Assembly (NCBI GenBank): GCA_963823665.1
Contig: CAWGMQ010000005.1
Location: 384,001 to 448,000 of the forward strand
Reading direction: 5' to 3'
DNA length: 64,000 bases
Source: an uncultured Planctomycetota bacterium
GTDB lineage: Bacteria; Planctomycetota; Planctomycetia; Isosphaerales; Isosphaeraceae
Shown: piece by piece, positions 56,676 through 64,000 of the stretch
How the letters are laid out: each line of letters begins with the position of its first letter
How positions within the stretch are numbered: the first letter of the stretch is position 1
Translations under genes and position numbers: made by a program
The notes under the pieces: model-generated
Databases searched by the model: none
Told to the model about the DNA's origin: nothing
What the model saw: the letters and a program-made list of their open reading frames with translations, nothing else

Positions 56676-57970
56676 ATGCCTCCCGGTAGGAGTCTTTTTT
56701 TTTGGGGAGCGCTCCATTGGCGATTCCTCGTCATGCCGCCGGGGCGGAACGGCTTGCGGCGCGATTCCGGCGCATCCTGGCCGTCGCGCTGGTAACGGGC
56801 GCGTGCGCCGGCGGGTGCGCGACCGTCAATCGGCCGGCTCAGTCCTCCTCGTCCTTCTCCACCTCCACCGCCGACGCCGCCGCGACGAGCAGCACGTCTC
56901 CCGTCACTGCTGCCACGGTCCGGGCTCAAAGCGGTGAACCGGCGGCAGGCCCTGTGGTCCCCGGATCGGCGGCAACCACAACCGCGGCACCGGCTGATGT
57001 CGTTCCGGAAGACCCACCGGGCGGCGCGTTCGATCCGCCACCCGGAGGCGCGCCGACCCCGCCTATCATCACCGGTCCCGTCGACACGGCACTCGAGTCG
57101 TTATTCGGAGAGGCGTCGACGTCGGATTGGACTCCGTTGTTGCTGAGTGAGCTGTTCACCGTGGGCTGGAACCAGCCATTCGTACACTCGCCGCCGAGTG
57201 ATGGCGGCGCCATGCGGCAGGAATGGATCAACGCGGCGAACGGGGTGTTCTACCGTCAGTGGGTGCTCGATTACAACTTTCGCGATCACGTCGACCCATC
57301 GGGAAACCGTGATATCGGCACATGGTCCGTTTTCGCGCCCCTCAGTCGGCGCCTCGAACTGTATATCTCGATTCCGTTCGTCGATTACCACCGCGTCGCT
57401 GACCCGATGGCTGCGAGCGGACCGGCGAACATGCTCTCGCGATCGAGCGCGGCGAGCTCGACTTCATCGTACAAGGCGACTTTCGGAGACATGAGCATCA
57501 CGCCTCAGGTCTTGCTCCACGAGACCCAGAACACCTCGATCATGTCGATCCTCACGGTTCGGACTCCCACGGGCTCAATCGACGCGGGTAACGGTGAGAC
57601 TTCGCTCGGGCCCCAGATCCAGTTCTGGCAAGGTCTGCCGAACCGCTGGGTACTACGCGGCGGCGCCGGCCCGACCATCCCGTTGTCGACGACTGGAGCA
57701 CGCACGACGCTCGACTCCAACTTGACGATCGGCAAGTTCCTCACGCTCGACGAGGTCAGGTATTTCAAGGAATTCACGGTCTGGCTGGCGGTCAACAACT
57801 CGGCGACGACAGACAACCGCGGGCCCGGTGGTGATACCTTGACCATCCTGCCGGGAATCCGGTTTCGGATTGCCCCGCAAACGTGGTTCCTCTACGGCGT
57901 CGAGATACCTCTGGTTGCACCTAGAGATGAGGCTTTTGGCATGTATTTCCGGCTTGTGAGGCGGTGGTGA
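56676..57970 (+). CDS. Putative outer-membrane beta-barrel (transporter-like) protein with lipoprotein-like signal; ATG out of frame across a T9 tract
   Basis: ALVTGACAGGC, Pro/Ala/Thr linker, alternating beta strands (FGDMSITPQVLL, TPTGS...GNG) and C-terminal MYFRLVRRW. Confidence 0.6.
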
Positions 57971-58263
57971 ATCACAGGCGCTGCGGTCGCATCGTCTCGA
58001 CTTCGATCAAATGGCGTTGGGTCGAATGGTGGACCCGCAGGGTTCCAATAGAAGGATTCACAGTTGAGATGATCCTTGTTTTCCGAGCTTCTTGGCGTGA
58101 TGTCTGGAATCCCTGGCTCCGCCTCGCAACCAGAGATTGGGTGTCTGGCTCCTCCTCGGACGCGATCAGTATTGTGAACGCAAAACGGTCCGCGTCCCGG
58201 TTCATTCCCCAGTTTCAACTTGAACCAACTCGAATCTTTCATTCCTGCGCTGGACCTCCACTT

Positions 58264-61032
58264 TCACTTTCGCAGTTTTCCAGCGTATATGACCACCGGG
58301 ATGTTCACGCCGATTTTCAGCGGGGCCTGGCTCATCACCCACGACGTCAGGTCCCCGTTCGGACCCTTAAAGATGAGAGTCGTTCCTGGTTTGATATAAT
58401 CTGGATTCGAGACATACGCACCGATTTCCCCGCCCCCGGGGTTAAATATCTGATTTGTGACCCTGTTCGGATCCTTGAGGGGATCGTTCGTGGGATTGGT
58501 CAAGGTGATCATGTAATCATCCTTATACTTGCCGTCTCCGCCTACCTGGCTGATCGTTGCCGTGGTGTCGATCTCGCCCCACCGGACCGTCGGGAACCAT
58601 TCATTCTGGTTGGTGAGGCCAGCGATCCCCCCGACACCAATTTGCAGATTACTGGGAAGGTGGTTGTATACCGTGTCGCCGGGGGTCGAACCGGCAGCCA
58701 GGACGGGGCCGGCCGCCGAAGGATTGGACACATCGTCGTCGACCGAGAAGGCGTACCCTGCCGTGTTCTCCACGTCGTGAACGAACCATACGTATGGATC
58801 AAGGTTGTAGACGTTGAAATCTTTGCCTCCAGTCTTGGGTTGAGCCGGGTTCGGATACCACTCGTTCTGGTCCGGAATAGCAATGAAATTCCAGACCCCG
58901 CGCAAGAGGGATTTCACCACGTCGCGGACCTGGCCCGTGAGATTCTTTCCCCCGGGCAGGGCGTCTGTCGGCAGGTTCGCATAGAACTGGATGACCCGGG
59001 AGACGATGTCCGCCGACTTGGACAGAGGGGTCGCCGGTGGGTTTGGGACGCCGGCCTCTGCCGACAATGCCGCATAGACAGATCCCGCAAACAGCGTTGC
59101 GTTCTTGTCGTCCGCGGGGAACGTCAGGTCGTATGTCTTTACCTCATTCGTATACGGAATCTGCGGCGGTCTGCCGAACGTGTATGACTGGTCGCCGGCC
59201 GGGACGGTAGTAGGGAGCAGGCTGAGGTAGATTATGTCACCCTTCGCGTTGGCAGCAGCGATGGGCACGCCCTTGGAATCGGTGATGCTCAGGATCGTGG
59301 TGCCCGGTCGAATCCAATTCGGACCACTCACCGTCATTCCCACACGCAAAGGCTTGTCGGGAGCAGACGAAAGGGTGAAAGCGTTGTAGACCGGTACTTC
59401 CGCAGTCGGTGGGATGTAAGCGGCTTTTGCGGGGTCCTTGGCCGGATAGTCCTTGAACGCCGTGGTGACATAGTGCTTCGCCCACGAGTACCACAGCTCG
59501 GTGATGTCGCTAAGCGCGTAATCGTCCAGCGGGGTCTTGAAAGTGAGGACCTCACCGGTGTCTTTGCCTTTTCCCGTGGCCTGGTTCAGCAGAACGTACG
59601 GTTTCTTCGCGTCGACTCCCGTAACGTGGACTTCATCGACCTTGGTTCCCGGTAGAATGATCCCCGTTGGTCCGGTGACATCCATCCCCTTCTTCAAGAG
59701 CTCGATCTTTGAGCGTGCCTCCAAGGGATTAATATAAAGCTTCTTTGAATCGTCCGGAAACGCCCCCAGGATAGTCTCGATGGGTCCAGCGCCCGAGGTC
59801 GTACTCGTCAGCAGGTAATAGTTTTGATCATAGGGCGACCTGGCATCAGTCAGCGGGCTGTAGGCAAAAATGCTGGCGGCAGAGGGGATCACGATATTCG
59901 TGGAATTGGGGTTGGAATTATAAAACATGGGCCATCCCTTACCGCCAAAATAATCCCCGATCTTGGCTTTGCCCTTGTTCTCGGTGAAATCCTTGAGCAG
60001 AGGATACCAGTCCGTGGCGCTTTGGTTTGCCGCGTTCCAGCCGAAGTTTTCTGGAGGATCGTAGTAAATGGGAACGGGCTGGGTTGGATCCGCCTGAACA
60101 CCATCGACAACCGGAACGGCGCTGGCCTCGAGCGCCACGGGGGTCGTCAACTTATCGACGTATGAGACGTCGTAGTTGATGAGGGGATATGTCTGCAGAT
60201 TATCGGTGATGAACTGCTTCAGGTAGGGATCTCGAAACGTCAGTTCAAGCAACTGCGCGGGGGCGGCAAGTGACACCCCTTCAGGCGTTACCGGATTAAA
60301 GTAGAACACGATGACCGGTTTGTCGGCGACCGGATAGTTGGAGGCGTTTGTCACCCACGTCGTTGTATTTTCCGGCGTGGTGCCGGAGGCCGCAGTGCCA
60401 GCGATGCTTATCTTTGCAGTTGCGTAGTAATGGTATAGCAGCGTATTTTCCGTCAGGCCGGTAGAGTCGGTCGAGATCATGAAGTTGCCTCCGTTCCAAA
60501 AGACGAGCGGCAACTGAAATGTAATGGACGCGCCCGATGGAACGCCCATAAACGTGCCATCGGACGTTTGATATCCAACGTAAAGTCGAAAGTCGAGGCC
60601 ATCACCGCCGGGAGGAGTATGGAGGTCCTGAGGATCGTAGTACTTCAGATTGTTGGGGGGTATCGGAGTAGCGTTCGGATCCGCCCCGGTATTCGCGTCC
60701 CAGATAAATGGATAGATCGTGTCCGGGCTATTGTTGGTCAGCGAGATGGTCTTGGTGGCGTCGGCCTTGGACGGGGAGGGAACATTCTGGATGCCATTTG
60801 TTGTGTCCAAGGGCGGGCCGCCGTTCCAGATGATAGCGGACAAAGGTACGGCTGCCGCGACCTGAGCGGGTGGAATCTGATTCGCCGGCAAGCTGAGCAC
60901 CAGGCGCTCTTCCAGCCGCAATACCCCGGCCTCGACCTGCAATCGGCGGTGGGCTCGACGCCGCCGCACTCGCGCACGATCTTTGAGACGGAACCGAAGA
61001 TTCAGCGTGTACCGCGAGTCGGATCCAAACAT
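58264..61032 (-). CDS. Large secreted protein, probable GH64/thaumatin-like beta-1,3-glucanase fold with inserted repeats
   Basis: LRLEERLVLS export motif; TISLTNNSPDTIYP, INYDVSYVD..PVALE and YVWFVH...GYAFSVDDD. Confidence 0.65.
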   Translation of the reverse strand: MFGSDSRYTLNLRFRLKDRARVRRRRAHRRLQVEAGVLRLEERLVLSLPANQIPPAQVAAAVPLSAIIWNGGPPLDTTNGIQNVPSPSKADATKTISLTNNSPDTIYPFIWDANTGADPNATPIPPNNLKYYDPQDLHTPPGGDGLDFRLYVGYQTSDGTFMGVPSGASITFQLPLVFWNGGNFMISTDSTGLTENTLLYHYYATAKISIAGTAASGTTPENTTTWVTNASNYPVADKPVIVFYFNPVTPEGVSLAAPAQLLELTFRDPYLKQFITDNLQTYPLINYDVSYVDKLTTPVALEASAVPVVDGVQADPTQPVPIYYDPPENFGWNAANQSATDWYPLLKDFTENKGKAKIGDYFGGKGWPMFYNSNPNSTNIVIPSAASIFAYSPLTDARSPYDQNYYLLTSTTSGAGPIETILGAFPDDSKKLYINPLEARSKIELLKKGMDVTGPTGIILPGTKVDEVHVTGVDAKKPYVLLNQATGKGKDTGEVLTFKTPLDDYALSDITELWYSWAKHYVTTAFKDYPAKDPAKAAYIPPTAEVPVYNAFTLSSAPDKPLRVGMTVSGPNWIRPGTTILSITDSKGVPIAAANAKGDIIYLSLLPTTVPAGDQSYTFGRPPQIPYTNEVKTYDLTFPADDKNATLFAGSVYAALSAEAGVPNPPATPLSKSADIVSRVIQFYANLPTDALPGGKNLTGQVRDVVKSLLRGVWNFIAIPDQNEWYPNPAQPKTGGKDFNVYNLDPYVWFVHDVENTAGYAFSVDDDVSNPSAAGPVLAAGSTPGDTVYNHLPSNLQIGVGGIAGLTNQNEWFPTVRWGEIDTTATISQVGGDGKYKDDYMITLTNPTNDPLKDPNRVTNQIFNPGGGEIGAYVSNPDYIKPGTTLIFKGPNGDLTSWVMSQAPLKIGVNIPVVIYAGKLRK

Positions 61033-61388
61033 GGCGAGCTCCTGGGAGTGGATGTTCGTCGGATGGTGAGCGAGTCAGACCCTTCGTAGCCCGGAATTGA
61101 CTCCGTTCCTGCGTTCCGTAAGGCACTGCGACAGGGTCGCCAGTTCGTCTCACGGTGCAAAAGAATCTCGGCGAGTGGTGAGTAACGAACGAGAACCGCC
61201 AGTTCGTTTCTCAATGCAGTAAAGTTTCGTAGCAACCGGCGAATCGCCCCGATGCATACAGCCGGGGACAGCACCAACATGCGAGAGCGGGGCACCCCAT
61301 CCGATTTCGGCTGACTTCGCCGCGTTGAGCCCAGCCGACGAACGGTGTTCAGCCGTCGGTCTTTGGCGAGCCATGGTCGCCGAACGAT

Positions 61389-62945
61389 CTACAGCGCCAG
61401 TCCCACTGTGGTCAACCTAGGATGATTGTGACGTCTAGTCAAGTGCGAGCTTTCGCGATGCGCCATAGGGACCCCACGATGCTCGGCGATGAGGCGGGAG
61501 AGGCTCGTGCCGCCCGGCAGGCCGCGGCGGCCATGCCGGATCGCCACGTCGAGGTTGACCCATTTCTCGCCGGGCGCGCCGTCAATCGGACCCGAAGTGT
61601 TGGTCGGCCACCGGCCTGTTGCGGCGCGGTGGGCGTCGGCCCAGGCGAGGACCTGGTCGACCGTAAGGTCGGGCCGTCTGCCTCGGGCGGCGGGGTCGAG
61701 CGAGCGCCCGAACAGCTCGGTCAGCGAGGTGCCGCGAGGGAGGCCGCGGCGGCCGAGCTTCAGAGCGCCGCCGACCGCCGACCAGGTCTCGTCGGGGACC
61801 CCACGCACCGGGCCGGCATAGGCGTCGGGCCAGCGGCCGGTGGCCTCGCGGTGGGCACGAGCCCAGGCGTAGATCTTCCGCAGCGATAGCCGCCGCGGCC
61901 GCACCGGCCGGTGCTTCGCCAGCAAACGGGCCAGCGACGATTGGCCGGACAGGCCGCGGTAGCCGTTGTACAAAGCCATATTGACGATTGCCCACGTCTC
62001 CACCGATCCCTCGGCCACAGGGCCTGAGCTCGCCGTTGGCCAGCGGCCGGTCGCAGCGCGGTGAGCGTCGGCCCAGGCAAGGATCTGCGCGATCGTCAAA
62101 CGAGGTAAGTCACTCTGGTTGCGGGCGCCGCAGTGCTGGGCGAGTAGCTGTGCGAGCGACGAGCCGCCGGGCAGGCCGCGACTGCCCCGGCACAGCGCGC
62201 TGCTGATCGCGTTCCAGTTCTCCCCGGGGACACCGCGGACCGGCCCGGAATTTTCGCCGGGCCACGCGCCGGTGGCCTCGCGGTGGTCGCTGGCCCAGGC
62301 GATAATCTTCGCGGCCGTCAGGGATGGCTCCGTGTAGATGTTCGGAGCTTGGCGGTGCTCAGCAAGCAACTGGGCCAGCGTGATGCCGCCGCGCAGGCCG
62401 CGGCGGCCCGCCCGCAGAGCGCGGTCGAGCCTCGGCCAGGTCTCCAGGGGCACGCCAGAGACCGGACCGGACGACCACGAACTCGGCCAGCGGCCGTTGG
62501 CCGCGTGATGCGCGTCGGCCCAGGACAGGATCAAGTCGATCGTCAGGCGGTAGGTCGCGCGCGGTCCTATCGCGCGGTAGCGCCGTGGCCGCCGTGTCGG
62601 GAACTGCTCGGCCTCCCAGGCTCGCAGCCGTTCGACCGGCGACTCCGGGTTAGCCCCTTGCGTGACTCCGCGCTCCTCGGCCAGCAGTATGGCCAGCGAC
62701 GATCCCCCAGGGTGCCCGCGTCGGCCCCGCCTCAAGGCGGTGTCGATCGCTGACCAGGTCTGGTCGTCCGCCCCGCCGACCGGCCCGGAACCCCGGTCAG
62801 GCCATTGCCCGGTCGCCGTGCGGTGGGCATCGGCCCAGCGCAGGACCCGCTCGATGTCCAGCGCCCTACGCTTCTCAGCCGCCCTACTCGGCGCCGCCGC
62901 TGTGCCGGCGCGCGCCGATCCCGACGCCCCGCATTTCTTTTTCAT
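61389..62945 (-). CDS. Hypothetical basic cytoplasmic protein made of six ~65-aa repeats
   Basis: Repeat consensus LT..QILAWADAHR.ATGRWP...SGPV.G...ETW..I..AL..G.RGLPGG.SLA.LLA.H; no signal peptide or TM. Confidence 0.85.
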   Translation of the reverse strand: MKKKCGASGSARAGTAAAPSRAAEKRRALDIERVLRWADAHRTATGQWPDRGSGPVGGADDQTWSAIDTALRRGRRGHPGGSSLAILLAEERGVTQGANPESPVERLRAWEAEQFPTRRPRRYRAIGPRATYRLTIDLILSWADAHHAANGRWPSSWSSGPVSGVPLETWPRLDRALRAGRRGLRGGITLAQLLAEHRQAPNIYTEPSLTAAKIIAWASDHREATGAWPGENSGPVRGVPGENWNAISSALCRGSRGLPGGSSLAQLLAQHCGARNQSDLPRLTIAQILAWADAHRAATGRWPTASSGPVAEGSVETWAIVNMALYNGYRGLSGQSSLARLLAKHRPVRPRRLSLRKIYAWARAHREATGRWPDAYAGPVRGVPDETWSAVGGALKLGRRGLPRGTSLTELFGRSLDPAARGRRPDLTVDQVLAWADAHRAATGRWPTNTSGPIDGAPGEKWVNLDVAIRHGRRGLPGGTSLSRLIAEHRGVPMAHRESSHLTRRHNHPRLTTVGLAL

Positions 62946-63215
62946 GATCTGGACCCCCGATATCCGTGCGGTCGAAGCAACGGCTTTATTAGGCCGCACG
63001 ATAGTCGTGACAGATACAGCCAGTCGACAAATTCCGCAAGGTCGAAATAGTGGGTACGCGCGATTGCGGTTTATGTAAACCGATCATCGCCCGCGCTGCG
63101 GCAACCCTCGACCTCGTCGACGGGGCTGGTCTTGTGGTGCATTCGGAATTCGCGACGGAGGTTCTTCGTCGGTGAGGGCTAACTGACTTGGGGGCCGTGA
63201 GACAAAGGATGGGTG

Positions 63216-63245
63216 TCTGGGATCATCTGGAATCATCTGGAATCA
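63216..63245 (+). repeat. Three direct 10-bp repeats (TCTGGRATCA) in a divergent intergenic region
   Basis: TCTGGGATCA TCTGGAATCA TCTGGAATCA. Confidence 0.6.
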
Positions 63246-63392
63246 CTCTTCCAAGAAAAGAATCGCGACCCGAAATAATTCGGCCGGTCAAGTCAGATCC
63301 TGCTTCCGCCGCCGGTACCATCTCTCGATCGTTGCAGCTTCTGGGCCCTCCTACGGGTGCGTAATTGACGGAACTTGTCAAGGCGATACACC

Positions 63393-64000
63393 ATGCGCGT
63401 ACTACTCGCACTCGGGCAACCACGTCGTGCTTCCTGGGAGTCTCTGCGGCGGGCAAGGCGCAAGTGTTTGCTGCGCCGGAAGCTGAGCTTCCATGAGCTG
63501 GAAGACCGCACGCTGCTCTCGACGATCGTTTGGGACAGCACCGATCACCCGAAGGGCGGGAGCTGGGACGTCGCCGCGAACTGGGTCGGCGGCGTCCTGC
63601 CTGGTTCGAGCAACGACGTGGTCATCGACCTGACGGCCGCCGGCACGGTCACGCTCGGAACCGGCGTTACCGATACGGTCAAAAGCCTGATGACCAACGC
63701 GAATACTTCCATCAGCATCACGACGGACACCCTCGCGCTCGCTTCGACCTCCAGCATCGGCGGGGGAGTGAATGTGACGCAGGGCACGCTCAACGTGAAC
63801 TCGGGATCGCTGAGCGTTGGCGGTGCGCTGACTCAGTCGGGCTCCGTGAATATTGCGGCGGGCACCACACTGACCACGAGCGGGGCCTACACCCAGTCGT
63901 CGGGGACCACGACGCTTGCGAGTGGTGGTATGCTGACGTCCTCGGCGAACGGCGTGGCGATCAACGGCGGCACGCTCGCCGGGTCGGGCACCATCACCGG
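63393..64000 (+). CDS. Large secreted beta-helix/adhesin-like protein, 5' part only
   Basis: ATG at 63393; LSFHELEDRTLLS export motif; GGSWDVAANWVGGVLPGSSNDVVI; frame open to the window end. Confidence 0.85.
   Translation, partial: MRVLLALGQPRRASWESLRRARRKCLLRRKLSFHELEDRTLLSTIVWDSTDHPKGGSWDVAANWVGGVLPGSSNDVVIDLTAAGTVTLGTGVTDTVKSLMTNANTSISITTDTLALASTSSIGGGVNVTQGTLNVNSGSLSVGGALTQSGSVNIAAGTTLTTSGAYTQSSGTTTLASGGMLTSSANGVAINGGTLAGSGTIT

Noticed and set aside
57964..59187. 407-aa plus-strand ORF
   Set aside because: Mostly antisense to the 922-aa secreted protein and has no recognisable features.

Overview
GC-rich bacterial chromosomal DNA, very probably from a planctomycete (Isosphaeraceae/Gemmataceae-like). 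Support: five proteins with the planctomycete LExRxL(L/M)(S/A) N-terminal export motif, a DUF1559 protein, a sulfatase, ECF sigma factors with long C-terminal extensions and an ECF/Ser-Thr kinase module. Many conserved genes carry 1-2 nt frameshifts, most likely long-read assembly errors, so gene models below are joined across them. The main feature is a ~13 kb minus-strand cluster (39275-52535) for a group 1h (high-affinity, atmospheric H2 type) [NiFe]-hydrogenase: hypC-hypD-hypE, a PAS-domain sigma54 activator, hhyS-hhyL, NifU-like hhyE, hhaABC-like genes, a small membrane protein, a cytoplasmic YceI-family protein, a maturation protease, hypA and hypB. Two matching sigma54 -24/-12 promoters (before hypC and before hhyS) and a palindromic enhancer candidate are visible. 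hypF is absent from the window. Other notable items: a protein built from six ~65-aa WADAH/TGRWP repeats, a probable deacetylase-GHL10-TM-wHTH-Zn-ribbon fusion, a GH64/thaumatin-like secreted protein, an AbrB/Doc toxin-antitoxin pair, tandem DUF418 paralogues and several REP-like repeats. No rRNA, tRNA, CRISPR array or transposase was recognised. All family assignments are from motif recognition by eye, not database searches.
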